Shown piece after piece: positions 36,901-46,300 of a DNA stretch of 62,084 bases. The notes under the pieces were generated by a model. That model was not told the origin of the DNA, did not search any database, and worked only from the letters and a program-made list of their open reading frames with translations. The DNA is from a virus. Taxonomy: Duplodnaviria > Caudoviricetes. Each line of letters begins with the position of its first letter. Within the stretch, counting starts at the first letter, position 1. Position numbers and translations under genes: made by a program. The DNA lies in IMG/VR virus record IMGVR_UViG_3300042504_002530, positions 1-62,084 of that record; one strand, given 5' to 3'.

Positions 36901-38757
36901 GGCCATAGAGTTTAATGTCATATTTGCTACGCCCGAAATAAACGTCGAAGGATTTGCCCCAAGAGCGCGCAAATAATCACCAAACTCTCCTGACTCTGTC
37001 GCTTCGGCAATTCTTTCCTGACCAACCGACATCGCCGTTGATATAGCCGGGTCGTTCATCATTTTGAACATCTGCTCGTTGTATATCGCAAGCTTTTCCT
37101 CATCGCCTGCAATCTTTGCGGCTTGCGCATCTAAGACCACGTTTGACATCTTTCCCTCATTCCACCCAGAGCGAATGGAGTTCAATAATCCTTGCCATTC
37201 ACCCACATACTTATCTTGGGCCTCCTTGTCGTATTTGGCATCAAAATAAGTACGCTCTTTGAGATATACCTGAGCCGCTTGCTTTTGCCGTTGAGCTAAA
37301 AGGTTGTAGGCGTCAATGGATTCGTTAAACACCCTCGCCGAAGCTGCATCAGATGGCTTGACATTTTTGATTTCTGGATTGATAGTTCCATCCGGATTCA
37401 GAAACGGAACGCCAAAATAGTCGTTGAATTTCTGATTGAGATTTCCCTGAATAGTTTTTACTTCACGATTCAGGGCAATAGCTTGTCGTTCGGCCTTCTT
37501 GCGCTCTACCTCAAGTTGCCGGTCGGCCTCCTGACGAATGCTGGACAATGACTGAAAATAATCCTCTATGGAATCTTTCTGTTTGCGCTTTTCGTCAAGG
37601 ACTTTCTCTAAACCATCAACGGTCCCTACGCCGTAAGCCTTCTTCATCTTAGCGGCTAGTCGAGTCTTTTGGGGCTCAAGCCCCGGGCGATTGGAAGACA
37701 AAATATCAATAGCATCTTCTAGGCTATTAATTTCTTCACGACTATACTTTCGCTCGAGCTCGTTCTGCTTCATTACCCCGTACTCAATGCCGTTCTGCTC
37801 CGCTACTTGTTTGCGCGTCAAGTCGCCTTGGTTAATACTCTTCCACGAACCTTTCGCAAAAGACTCCGCCTGTACCTTGGTGTCAAACTGATACAACTCG
37901 CCTCTCCGAACCGCTTCCTTAAAAGCCTCGTCCGGATTCTTGTACTCAAGCCAATCATTCGGGTCGGACGATTGAGAATTTGGTGTCTTTTGGTATAAGG
38001 TTGGAACAGCGTAATGTTTGCCGTCAACCTCCATAGTCGTAAATAAATGGGTTGAGCTAGTTCCGTCAGGATTAATCCGGGCGGCCGGCCTTGTTTCCTG
38101 AGCCTTTAATGATAGGTCAACAAACTCCTCGTTTTGGTACTGCGTTTTTTTGGCGTTTTTTGCAATAAATCCTTTCAGCTTATCGGCCGCCTGCGCTCCA
38201 TCGCCGTACAAATCAACCTCAATGTTTCCGCTACTGCTTCGGGCGACATAGTTGCCCATGGGTGTCAAATCAAAAGAAAACCCGTACTTCCCGTAGTTCT
38301 TCTTCAGCTCATCCAAGACGCGCTCCTTCTTCCGAAGACGAGCCGTAGCATCATATCCAAACGCATTGGTTTCGCCCGGTACGTCTTTGGTCATATTCAA
38401 GATTGACCCGCTAATCATAGCGAGCTCAGACAATGGGACTGACACCATTTCCTCGGCCGGTTGTGCATCCGATTCCTCGCGATACTTTGCCGCCGCACCG
38501 GTGGCCAGTTCTTCAGCGAACTGCTCTCTAAACGCTTCGGTTTTTGACTTGATTTGCTCAGAGAACTCAGGCGTTAGAAGTTCCTCGGTTTTGAGCTCTA
38601 GTTCTTCACTCGGAATGGCAGCGGCCTCCGATGCCAAGTACGGAGTCTTGGCTTGCTGTTGTGCTCTGTATATGGCATTGAGGTCAACTTTAACAGCGCC
38701 CTTCACGGGCTCTGCTTGCTTCAATGCCCGTAAAAGGTCATTCTGCTGTTTAGCCAT
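27928..38757 (-). CDS. Giant (3609 aa) virion/ejection 'polyvalent' protein
   Basis: Follows the internal-virion genes; contains LFIEEVQSD module and HEILAH zincin-like motif; helical C-terminal region. Confidence 0.8.
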   Translation of the reverse strand: MAKQQNDLLRALKQAEPVKGAVKVDLNAIYRAQQQAKTPYLASEAAAIPSEELELKTEELLTPEFSEQIKSKTEAFREQFAEELATGAAAKYREESDAQPAEEMVSVPLSELAMISGSILNMTKDVPGETNAFGYDATARLRKKERVLDELKKNYGKYGFSFDLTPMGNYVARSSSGNIEVDLYGDGAQAADKLKGFIAKNAKKTQYQNEEFVDLSLKAQETRPAARINPDGTSSTHLFTTMEVDGKHYAVPTLYQKTPNSQSSDPNDWLEYKNPDEAFKEAVRRGELYQFDTKVQAESFAKGSWKSINQGDLTRKQVAEQNGIEYGVMKQNELERKYSREEINSLEDAIDILSSNRPGLEPQKTRLAAKMKKAYGVGTVDGLEKVLDEKRKQKDSIEDYFQSLSSIRQEADRQLEVERKKAERQAIALNREVKTIQGNLNQKFNDYFGVPFLNPDGTINPEIKNVKPSDAASARVFNESIDAYNLLAQRQKQAAQVYLKERTYFDAKYDKEAQDKYVGEWQGLLNSIRSGWNEGKMSNVVLDAQAAKIAGDEEKLAIYNEQMFKMMNDPAISTAMSVGQERIAEATESGEFGDYLRALGANPSTFISGVANMTLNSMARMFPILWKQGSIIIPVSTATGAVVGSFTGVGTIPGARSGFSAGMKIANAASGFSLEYTASVLEAIREKYNTLEKAQEGEWLNDPEIWEEARNIGVKRGLTIAAVDAITAGMLSKIAPSSLASTARRTTQAAGQALAIEPVSEAFGEAAAQFVSGQELNSIEILGEALGAGGMSSNPLTLADVVYQQTRKDYYTNLAEKMANSRSFLNDMDEDLGKVTQWTNNMRTTGQITGVTEQQILENVSVVREARQMMSTTAPTNAQRLSQLALGTSSRAESRLADLIAAKRQLDRTPTINQPMQQVVQDEMNYILQNKKIPEQRVDLAPIIGLTPKYYIDGKASLREDVTALLDPTKASDEEIKDLNISIEGDEELLDKYVTRMESIFDKEDYEDGKVMLAAEDINEIPAEFRPEAVFNEETGRHEVTVPADKVENKDIANIAVRPKSQLEAATTAMKDGKPVYAKDTKSGDVYLLEDQAKIDDAYSRGMALLLGGPSTMGVRTPLPLPKIKTDKIKAIKDSLKSMRTDIGTMNSFGAGMGKSVWNFAIDSAILAIEAGENVSAAVEKAADYIGSKVTDFKRSDFVAYMTGQLTEKEKEIVRQARSTDLPSGLKVVKGFYSTIERRLLTSTIEKQSATKWLQSGIFGGDEGEFTGARAFLQAKRPDEQVEKKELLDYIKKNRVKISVQKDKDKEFGGLTEEQSGEYQEIIIEWDDANFPYSFDFNSHYTDKTIAHLRYVIRKDKDGNKVLFIEEVQSDLAQHIRKERQKQKETPNYTPNVVSAPYVDNTSAWVKLALKVALQEAVKKNVTKVAWTTGEQQNARYNLSDKISFILYTKTDSGYKIYAADESGNPIIEDYPFQENQLQAAVGDEISKKIINGDGEKQSDGRILLRGLDLESSVRGKAMVAFYGSIDEGKTGTVEEVMQALIEEITGKKLEAKTTELTLAPFEAKVTAANANVNLEEEIERIEKEIDEAVQGVAPYLKAKYLSEAKEILTGKEMSIAHDKYFDGIEGAFKKYFKAGTDIEAMHDAVNDIHILDSKRAHTIGAIKQIYEERKESERRADSSTSKQRSVDITPQIVEKVKSGIPAFNDEKLSIEQRAEKIRQKMFAMRQKVDGSERPKVIDRNDELAVRTLVGKLAWRIGLNYVDFVSEPLENYRGKYNPTTHSVTINLSFVSKDTPFHEILAHPIIYALKSGSESSRELYDNLVKEMQNSPEGIAAYNMVSQLYPELTEDQRIEEALVTLLGQLASESFDKKSSLGMLLEKLWNFVSEYVRELLGKEVIKIGELKPTTTIQDLADIMGYGENLIALPGTEIGYRTPSGETYASIEEVKQDMARAGAAATLEFPSNPTLGSKIKKLIFRRITETNIHRIGDIDELIKEELKNVKNFRYYDSVSGRTIDFNLIENAEKPYWEATDVETGEILLGFNGRRYDKNFSNPFNQDANADPRWSIINLAKNLRDYYQAEEEYSNSKQYLESWKKEYGIKYDPQEAYDRGYGFYHYMMTGMSKNIDFSAVIQNIGRFLDLQEQNGGEYSLSCLTKLASLPINSEGKNWSSFYASGVRIALYPNPEDIIFASKGDAYTGTAGTTAGKVSLSKVFSPQKTGSRVGVSLLTYPGFSSYPSVTNSVLDAMVESNLSESIERQKEMVLYNELGIKLKKGRFRIEYDESASKYINEQTKKIIDYINENYGIQDSNIPEIKPNVLFGIKQGSFVELDGGLSKYDDALIKITYVDQKNKTFSGVIMNEDGQSVYVPMKGGMIYPSVKKGQTFLTDIPFKNVNPDAFINYQYSQGKKAVFPSEPKSLSKYLDNNPISEKDLEKNQKKRLLQTAGFVEAVAQANREFPMALLETTIRFAGFQPNEDTDVRFSRVPENDQTLYGAINDARNEGLTDGEIKRRMQQEGYSSSDINEAMAINVGDKEKLPRAFTMVEGGAFAGYSMYTNVQQKIRRFAKKEVNGEKPSSAKIREFAMQELSKHPLFLSSSDYLQMSLMADLDATLNTTANTAIQAQMKRIREAMRNINKGARELNEIRRQLTILIKSSLPRTMYAKAEVMALLKKVSSANRENIAEIRREVADFVIGVRVRATRAKLLKQLAAETTKKEGGRVKGKFSTAMQERIAKIKGMLPDEKASVEEIQKAIVALNSEYTRLTELVIDEGKDEYAEDLADVEFALKFAATMLMDDIEENKLIALDELYSYMKDFLKTGRAAFKDELKAQSEYYNKLKRQLLKDITGGDYNVNFSDKKAVDKVERALMGESVQKEKQRSFGKALRSFVDDTIGAMLRRTEDLAGLVDRISNMTGEFFGGVSKKLIVDRVRESRANLNKLNNEAMAYLQTNAEQIFGKGWKKIMIQNGKKKFTYIMDPKGYQKVLKTGDKVAMQAFLLQNEAPISQNEMYYLYNQYKDAANHPGFETKFGPQYKEIMAEITSKLDPKVKEWADWQVEEFYPNMYPIYNEVYRRVYRTDLPWNQFYAGRLYRESADGQEAPSLLEKPSEFITAVGGASTKERVRNNKAVKTMDGDKVLTSYVRDMNFFASYAESIRDIKKMLNNITIRKAIETRVGKDIYSLLNMMTDRLITDGFGKGKENDILDAGFKTFVYAKLGLNPKIMLAQASSFVGFIPFIGYGSYAKYATRVFSDLRKGKESTAYKTWAEMMENSEYLKARFSTSNIMEIMSTFSDSKRDVVLGGDKGLSIDNYANVMMYFIKQGDKAGVMGSVPNYLFYKEQYINKQKAAKKKVSEQDAIKYALKKIEAQVKSVAQSNDVEDKDFFQTGSTAWRMFGVFQSQPKQYFRLEMYAIRNIYKQLMGLSGAKGTLGQNIRLFVTVHLVAPVLFQYLMLGLPGILTDFDDDDDEELIWAGVLGNLNAIFVIGDIFQKIRDIALGKPWADDTTSISAFSVIADLAKEGKAIFDAKTDETRNKHIVQFSLLLSELSGIPAATLFKLSQNWYKVATGDVDDFGEAMLRLFNYSEYTIKGAPKKQKKAEDFTFEEDFKFEE

Positions 38758-40406
38758 TATTCGTTAATTTTTTGTTCAACTTTTTCGTTAAGCGCCTTAA
38801 ATGCTTCGGCGTATTGCTGGCCTATATTGCCTTTTCCCTCTTCAACATTAATTACGACAAAAACCCCTGACTTTTGGTCAACAAACTTTCTAAGAGCCGG
38901 ATTGCCTGAAACTTTTACCACATTGTAGTCTAATCCCATTTTTCGAATAGCACTTTTATAGGCATCAACGCCTTTTGAAAGCGTTTCTCCGTCTTTTGTG
39001 TCAAATGCCTTTTCAAGACTATCGTTAATCTTTGTGATTATTTGGTCATGCTGGCTTGTTGATGGAGGGGAAACTGAAACTTTCGGGCCCGAAACGCTGC
39101 CTGTTCCAGCAGACCTGCTCGCGCTTATGTCAAGTTCGGGGCGGGCAAGAAGGCCGCTAGCGCCCAAGACATCAGCAAGGCCGCTTTCCGCAAATTCCTT
39201 TAATGACTCTCCATACGGATACGTTATTTTCGTTAACTTCGTTTTGCCGCCTTCTACGACTTTCTTTGTTACCTCCACTCCGTTATTTGTGAAATCAACT
39301 TTTGATGCGCCTAATTTTTTGCCAATCCTATCTGCTGCAACCTTTTTTTGCGCCGGTGTCCCGGAGTATAAGCTTTTTATTGTGCCAAGAGCCGATTTCT
39401 CATTGTCCGTCATTTTATCTTCAGAATCACTAGCCCTTGTATCCGTTGCCCTTGGCATAGGCGTTTCCTCATAGGGTAGGTAGACGGATAATTGGCGCTC
39501 CATAAAGTCCATAGCCGCTTTCCGTTGAGCGTCGGTGATTTGAGGCTGATAGCCGTTTGGCGTTTGAACTATCTTGATTTCCTTATCGCTTTGTGGTTCA
39601 CCGGTCGTGTAGGTATAGCCGTCAAGACCATTATCGGTGAGAATGCTCGCAGCCGTATAGGGGTTGTCTAATATGGCGCCAAAGGTATTGCTCTTTACTT
39701 CATCAAACCCCTTACGAAGGGTCACATCGTCCTTCATCTGAACGCCGGTCCTACCGATGACCCTCTTATATGGCGCAAACGTCTTGCCCATCTTGACCAA
39801 CTCGGAGTTCAAGTCGTATTTGTCAACTTGCGTTCCGGCAATCTTGAACATGTTCTTTGCCGATAGCAAGCTCGACCTGTCCGGCTTACCGCTTTCGTCG
39901 GTCTTTGAAAAGAACAAACTGCCAGTCATGGGGTCAAAGTATCCAGAGGTGTTCTTCAGGTCGGCAATTTTTTCCGCTTGTTCATTAAGCGATAACTCAA
40001 GACCTGAAGCCTTCCCGGATTGAAGGCGAGCAAGACGACCCTTATGCCACTCTTGATACGACTTAATCTGGGTGAACAAACCATTCACGTCGTCCGTTAC
40101 ATTCTGCCTAGCAATGGTGAAATCCTTTGGACTCATGCGCCCGGCCTTTAACTCGTTATTGATAGTCCGAAGATACTCGGCGGCATTGTTCGTGACGTTC
40201 AAAGTCCATGAGTTGACCTCGTTGTCCGACCCTTGAGGCGAATCAACGACGGCCTTCATCGTTTCACGGAACTCCTTGTCGAGAGTGGTTTTCTTCTCCT
40301 CTCGAATCTTGCTCTGCTCCTGAATCGTGTCGCTTATGCTCTTACCTATCTCTCGCCAATTAATAAATTGGTCAGCGGTACGTTCCGCGTATTTGTAGTA
40401 TGTCAT
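38757..40406 (-). CDS. Putative internal virion/ejection protein
   Basis: Position and size in the podovirus module. Confidence 0.6.
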   Translation of the reverse strand: MTYYKYAERTADQFINWREIGKSISDTIQEQSKIREEKKTTLDKEFRETMKAVVDSPQGSDNEVNSWTLNVTNNAAEYLRTINNELKAGRMSPKDFTIARQNVTDDVNGLFTQIKSYQEWHKGRLARLQSGKASGLELSLNEQAEKIADLKNTSGYFDPMTGSLFFSKTDESGKPDRSSLLSAKNMFKIAGTQVDKYDLNSELVKMGKTFAPYKRVIGRTGVQMKDDVTLRKGFDEVKSNTFGAILDNPYTAASILTDNGLDGYTYTTGEPQSDKEIKIVQTPNGYQPQITDAQRKAAMDFMERQLSVYLPYEETPMPRATDTRASDSEDKMTDNEKSALGTIKSLYSGTPAQKKVAADRIGKKLGASKVDFTNNGVEVTKKVVEGGKTKLTKITYPYGESLKEFAESGLADVLGASGLLARPELDISASRSAGTGSVSGPKVSVSPPSTSQHDQIITKINDSLEKAFDTKDGETLSKGVDAYKSAIRKMGLDYNVVKVSGNPALRKFVDQKSGVFVVINVEEGKGNIGQQYAEAFKALNEKVEQKINE

Positions 40407-41200
40407 CGGCTAAATGATAGGGGGTTGGTCGAAAAAATGCTTTGAAGCTGAGGATTCTGTTGAGAGAAAGCCGTTGGATTCATTCCGATATAAGGGATTT
40501 GCCCGGGATAGGAAGGCATAGATACTGATGGGAGAAACTGAGAGAAATTCATAGGGTCATAAGTGCCATCGCTTACGTTAGCTGCCGGCTGCTTAGACTG
40601 AACCAAATTGCCCTCCGGCATAAAATCACCCTTGGCTTGCCCTCCGGGATACAGCGGCGCCGCTTGCATCCCAAGCTTCGCCAAATCACCAAGACCTCCC
40701 ACCCCCTGCGCAATAGACCTTGCCCGGGCCGCCTCTTGCTCTCTAACCGCGAGCTGAGCACCTTCGGCTTCTCCAAGTGAAAGCCCGGCCAATGCGCTTC
40801 CAAGCCTTGCGTCTTCGGCTTTCTTCATCTGCTCAAGCTGGAACATGTCTTGGGCTACCTGTGCGTTCAGCTGACGCTCGGCCTCCGTGCGGGCTGCCAT
40901 AACGCGCCCTGCGGCTGCACCAACGCCCCGCTGTTCGCCTTGGGTTGCCTCGGCTAATATATCTGCCGCCTGCTGCCCTACGGCCTCGCGTTGAGCCTCG
41001 TATGCGGTCGTCGGGAGGGATAGTGCCTCTAAGTAATTGACGCCAAGTTGAGCCTTGGCTTCGTTGACTGCGCGCTGCGCTGACTCTCTAGCTTTTTCAG
41101 CGGCCTTGCGCTGCTTGCCGGCTTGAGCGAAGGATAAGCCCGTCCCAGTAGCGGTGACTCCCGCGCTTATCAGTAGTGCTGTTGTCGTTGTTATTGGCAT
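40403..41200 (-). CDS. Putative ejection protein (Ala/Gln-rich, hydrophobic N-terminus)
   Basis: Composition and position. Confidence 0.6.
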   Translation of the reverse strand: MPITTTTALLISAGVTATGTGLSFAQAGKQRKAAEKARESAQRAVNEAKAQLGVNYLEALSLPTTAYEAQREAVGQQAADILAEATQGEQRGVGAAAGRVMAARTEAERQLNAQVAQDMFQLEQMKKAEDARLGSALAGLSLGEAEGAQLAVREQEAARARSIAQGVGGLGDLAKLGMQAAPLYPGGQAKGDFMPEGNLVQSKQPAANVSDGTYDPMNFSQFLPSVSMPSYPGQIPYIGMNPTAFSQQNPQLQSIFSTNPLSFSR

Positions 41201-41586
41201 AATATAAGTGTTTGAGACTTTCCCTTATCGGAAATAAAGCCTAGTGTTTCGTATATGTTTATTGCATGCTGGTTGCTTGCTATTGCGGTGATGTATTTAT
41301 ATCCCAAATTTTTGGCAAATTCAGACATAAAGCTTATCAAAAACAATATGGCATCGCGCCTATCCGGTTTTTTTGTATAATGCTTGTTTGATATAAGCCA
41401 CTCCACCCAAGCAACCTTTGAGTTTGTTTTGTACAGATAGGCGGCACAAATAGGTGTTTCTCCCTCATACACAATGAATCCGGTTTCCGGCAAATAGTCT
41501 TTAACCGGCGGAGTCCAATTCCACTCGCCCCACCACTTCGTGAGGATGTTTTCGTAATCTCCGTCTTGAATTTGCCTAATTTTCAT
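41191..41586 (-). CDS. GNAT-fold protein of the tail/ejection module
   Basis: ICAAYLY..NSKVAWVEW...AKNLGYK...YETLGF. Confidence 0.7.
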   Translation of the reverse strand: MKIRQIQDGDYENILTKWWGEWNWTPPVKDYLPETGFIVYEGETPICAAYLYKTNSKVAWVEWLISNKHYTKKPDRRDAILFLISFMSEFAKNLGYKYITAIASNQHAINIYETLGFISDKGKSQTLILCQ

Positions 41587-41606
41587 GCGTATGCAAAGAT
41601 ATTATT

Positions 41607-42389
41607 TTATGGAAAGCTCTTCATATAATCAATCTCAACTGAGAAAAGCTCCGATTGAGTTGCCGGAGTATGAGTAAGGGTCATCTGAGAATAACCCCCC
41701 GATATGCCATACGATTCAGCCTGAGCGTTTTTGACCACCACAATAAACAATCCCGTAGCCCCAATCCCTGGCGCCGCAAGGCCGGTCGTCGTAATTGTGT
41801 TTCCGGAAATAGCATTTATCGTTCCGCCAATCAACAAAGTGCTGACCGTCGACCCCGATGGTGTGCCGTACCAAATCCGGTCCCCAATAGAGATAGACGT
41901 GCTCAATTCTATATTGGCGGCAAACGTGAAAGTCCTCGTCGTTCCGGAGCCAGTTACGGCTGAAGCAATAATACCAACGCCTATCGTTGACCGGTTCTTA
42001 AAGTTAGGCGTAGTTACAAGGCCCGAATCATGCTTGATGTTTGAGAAATACATCCCCTCTTTCAATACATATTGAGCCGTTGTGACGCTAGCCGTTTGCT
42101 GTGATTCATCCGTTGAAAAATCAGCCTGCCATGGAGCGTCGCTCTCAAGCGCTACTGCCTTAAACAACTTTCGCTCTAACGGTCGCTCATTAACCATTGA
42201 TGTAATGAAGGAGATTCCTTGATTAGCATAAAAATTGCATACAGGCACGTTTCCTGAATTGTGTGCATAAAGTTGACCGCCTTTAAAGCTATAAAAAGCA
42301 TTGTTCATGCCAATCATAAACTCTGGGGAGTAACTGAAGAACGACGACCATCCTTGGGTCGGCTCGTTGTATGATACTGTAAATGCCAT
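41607..42389 (-). CDS. Tail nozzle/stabilisation protein, C-terminal-like part
   Basis: TVSYNE...GWSSFFSYSP, KLFKAVALE, KEGMYF, ELFSV motifs; start re-called at MAFTVS. Confidence 0.6.
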   Translation of the reverse strand: MAFTVSYNEPTQGWSSFFSYSPEFMIGMNNAFYSFKGGQLYAHNSGNVPVCNFYANQGISFITSMVNERPLERKLFKAVALESDAPWQADFSTDESQQTASVTTAQYVLKEGMYFSNIKHDSGLVTTPNFKNRSTIGVGIIASAVTGSGTTRTFTFAANIELSTSISIGDRIWYGTPSGSTVSTLLIGGTINAISGNTITTTGLAAPGIGATGLFIVVVKNAQAESYGISGGYSQMTLTHTPATQSELFSVEIDYMKSFP

Positions 42390-43354
42390 TATGGACAGGT
42401 TCCTATTTGTGTAACGATTCCGTTTTGCACTCTTATCCACGCTTTAGGCGTTCCGTAATTAAGTGCATAATAGCCATCAGAGACAAGGTTTTGAGAATAT
42501 TCATCCGCAAACACCCAGTCATATAAACCAAACGAAGCACCGGCTACGCCGTTAACGTGGCCCTGATAAATCACGCTATCTCTAGCCGCTCCACAAGCGA
42601 GTACAGATGTTGCATACATAGTTGTTGAAGTAAATCCATTTAGCAAGTCGGGACAAAAAACGCGGGCCGAAGAATTATATCCTCCAGTGTTACAAGCCTC
42701 AACAATTCGGCCACGCAACAGGTTTATGTCAGGACTTGTCTTTGGAATATACAAAACCATTGTGCCCGGGTCCGCGGCAATACTAGTTGCCTCCGTTATG
42801 TACTCGGAGTTGACATTATTTGTCCAGTTCCATGCCGAATTGTAGTACTGAAACAACTTGAGATTGGCCACAATAGTCGCAGCCGCATTACATGGGTTTC
42901 CGGCCGTACCAAAAGTGTATCTCTCAGCAATAGGGGTGGCAGAGCCGTATGCTGCAAGTAGATTTTGCGCGCTTCTCTTGCCTCTATTTCCGTATACCGG
43001 ATTTGGATAAGCGTCTTCACCTAGCTGAAAGATAAATGCCGTTGACGATTGCGCAAGAGTGACGCTCATTTCAACACGGACAGCTCCAGTTGCGCCTGAC
43101 AACTCAACTTCAAATTCATACATTCCATTATTATTTCCGCTAAGGTTTGTTGACACAATCGTTTCACAAGGAACAACGCACCCGACAGAAAGGTCATCGC
43201 AGGATAACGCGGACAATAAGAGTCCTCCAGATTGTTGTCTTAAAACTCCACAATACTGATAAAATCCATCGGCCGCTTTTGTAGTTAAAGCAGACGAAGT
43301 GTATACCGCCGTAGCGGTTGAGAAATTTTTAGAATCAATAAAATAAATAGCCAT
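42389..43354 (-). CDS. Tail-associated Cys-rich protein
   Basis: ATAVYT...AADGFY...RQQSGG.L module; beta-rich. Confidence 0.6.
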   Translation of the reverse strand: MAIYFIDSKNFSTATAVYTSSALTTKAADGFYQYCGVLRQQSGGLLLSALSCDDLSVGCVVPCETIVSTNLSGNNNGMYEFEVELSGATGAVRVEMSVTLAQSSTAFIFQLGEDAYPNPVYGNRGKRSAQNLLAAYGSATPIAERYTFGTAGNPCNAAATIVANLKLFQYYNSAWNWTNNVNSEYITEATSIAADPGTMVLYIPKTSPDINLLRGRIVEACNTGGYNSSARVFCPDLLNGFTSTTMYATSVLACGAARDSVIYQGHVNGVAGASFGLYDWVFADEYSQNLVSDGYYALNYGTPKAWIRVQNGIVTQIGTCP

Positions 43355-46300
43355 TAGCAGTTTCCAATTTTAATTACAACGCCAGAAGAATTTAATTCAA
43401 ACCATCTAAAAGTCGTATCATAATAACTATAAAATCCGGAATAGGCAGTAAACGTGCAGCTATTGTCATAGTAAAACTGCTTTCCGATAGCTATTCCGCC
43501 TCCTTCATAGTAAAGTGACATAACGATTCCTGATTTACAAGCGTCTACCGGGCTCGTAAAGACACCCGTAGTCTGAACCTCAATACACGTTGGGCATGGG
43601 GTATTGCAATTACAGCAAGCAGAAGCGGGAATCGTGGCGTGATAGCACATATCAAGCGAAGAAATCCTTCTGTAATCCCAAATCAAATAAAGATATTGAC
43701 CCGATGAGCCTATGCTCATTGACGCGCTATAAGACGCGTCTGGCTCATACTCTACGCCTGGCCCGCTTAAAACACTCGCCGTTGAAGCCGTTATTAAGCT
43801 ATTAAGCCCAGCTGCGGTGTTGAAATTGTAAGGAGTGTTCGTCCTGAGCAATCTAAATCTATCAAGAGCAGTATTGATAAGAAAAGTCCCGCTTTCAATG
43901 CCAAACATTTGTATTGGATTTCCATCCGCCGGCAAGAAAAACGAGCCCGGAGAAACACTAAATGTTGATAAATGAGAAATAATTGGATACGAAACGCTTT
44001 TTTGAGTCGTGAAAGGCTCATTATTCATTTGATTAGGATATGTCCCATACGCAATTTGACCACTCAAATCGACATCATTTGCGTTCGTGAGAACCATTGC
44101 GTAGACCGTGATTGGCGGAGCTCCAAGAGGGCAAGTCGTCGTTAATAAAAAACCGGCTTCTCCTGATGGAGTCACAACAATGTCAGCATAATTAACATTC
44201 GGAAAGTCTTTATTGAAAGTTACCGTGCCTCCTGTTGAAATGGTTATGTTCCCAACAGTTGTGGTGTTGTAAATCACGTCTATGTTTCCATCGCCAATTA
44301 TTGGCCCGGTAATGTAAATATCTACATCACCGATATTTGTTGGATAATAAACCCTGATTATTGTTGGTTCTGTAATGTTTCCGTAGTATTTCTCCGTTCC
44401 GCAATTAACGTATGTTACTTGACTTCCGGGCTCATCACCAACGTGCAAAACGTAGTCTTTTACAAAGGGGTCGTATGCGCCTCTCACTGGGGCGTTTTTA
44501 ATTGGAGAAAACGAATCTCGGAAATAAGACCGCATCCCAATGTCAGAAATAATCAAAAGCTGTTCGCCTGATAGCTTTAGTACGGCGCCTCTTTTTATGT
44601 CGGTAAAGTATATGTCATTGCCAAAAGACGCAAAGCTTTCCGGCTGCTTACAAATACCAAACTCTTCCGTTCTTGCAATCTGATTGCCCAATACTTCTGG
44701 CACACTCGCAACAACTCCACCACCGGTTGAGTCGGCAAGAATATTTTTGCCAACAAGGACCCTAGATACTCTGTCTTCTTGGAAGACTAATAGGTCCGTT
44801 TGCCTTGGGTGCATTCGCTGAATGCTTGCGTAAAGCGCCTCTAGATTTTTGAAGTTAAGCAATCCAAGGTTAAACTCATTGAGCTTATTGACATTTGACT
44901 CGCGATTGTAGACACCGCTGTATGTTATGTCTGAGAAACGATGAACCTCGCTGAAATCAGTTTCAGCAACAGATGTGACACGCTGGCCAAGAAGAAATGA
45001 ATCTCCAACTATTGAATCTTTTATCCTAAAACTCTCAACACCATTGCCAAAAGAATAACAATTATAGAAATCCAAAATGCTAACTCCAGACGTTCCTCCT
45101 GCAATATCCTGACTGACATCATTACATAGGTGATTCCCTGAAGTGTCAATTCCAAAAGACTCATGATTTTCGTAGTACAAATCGGGAAGTGCATCGGTTG
45201 GCTCTGTTTCAAAAACAAGTGCTCCTCCGGCTTTTTGAATAATTATTCGAGCCTCAATGCGCGACGTTTTCACGTTAGGCCAAGAGCAAGCGGGACTTCC
45301 GTGTCTAATAGTCAAGTAAAGAGGATTGGTCGATGCCGAAACAGCTGTGTCTGAAGCAAATTGGTATCTATTTGTCCCTTGTAAAAATCCCGGAACAGCG
45401 CCTACACCAACAAGCGTACTGTTGTCATACGAATCTTGGTTCTGACCAGAATCATCGGGGCAACCATAATCAGGATGAATTGCCTCCTGAACATTCACTG
45501 CTTCACCTGTCCAAAAAGCTTTAAAGTCCGAATAGTTTTGTGATGCAACTATTTTTAAGGATAACAGAGAATCAACCCTTCCGCATTTATTGCTGCTTCC
45601 TCCGCAGTTTCTTCCAAATCGAAAGACCCAAAGGTTAATACTTACAACTGAACCCGCCGGTATATCCCAACGAGTAATAACGCCATTAACAGTATTAAAG
45701 CATGGTATTCTTAACGAAGCATAAGAATTTGCATTCCCGCCACCTGTATCAGTTGACTCGGCCGTTAATGAACCGGTGTCAATGTAATTGTTCGGGTTAA
45801 AATTCGCCGACCATCCATCGTTTTTCAAGCGCATGTAAACACCAGACAGTTCTTGGATAGGCTGCCCGGTCGTCGTTTGGTTTCCGGAAATCCAGTTCTC
45901 AAGCTTAGCCTCTTTATCAAGAACGACAGTAGTGACATAATTCTGCAATGCGCCTTGCGTATCGGATTTCACAATAAGCGTATCTCCAACTTGAACTTTG
46001 TTTTGAGATTCGCCATCAAGTTTTACCCATATACCGCTATCCAATGGGTCGTTGTAAAAGATATTTGCGTAAATCGTGTCATAGCGTTCTTTTGTTGGCT
46101 TTATCACAAACTTATACCTCTTCGCCCACGATGGTGCTTTTTGAGATATAGGTATTGTGACTTTGATTCTATTTCTTGTGCTTGAGTTTCCAGCCGGAAA
46201 AAACACCGTGTTGGTTTGGCTTGTAAGCGCAGTAGTCGACCGGTTGTATTCGTCCATATACACGATGCCAACTTGGTAATCGCGATTGCTATGTAGGCTT

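Noticed and set aside
27928-38757. Virion RNA polymerase as in crAss-like or N4 phages
   Set aside because: No recognisable catalytic DFDID/DxDGD or T7-like motifs; host-type promoters are present throughout
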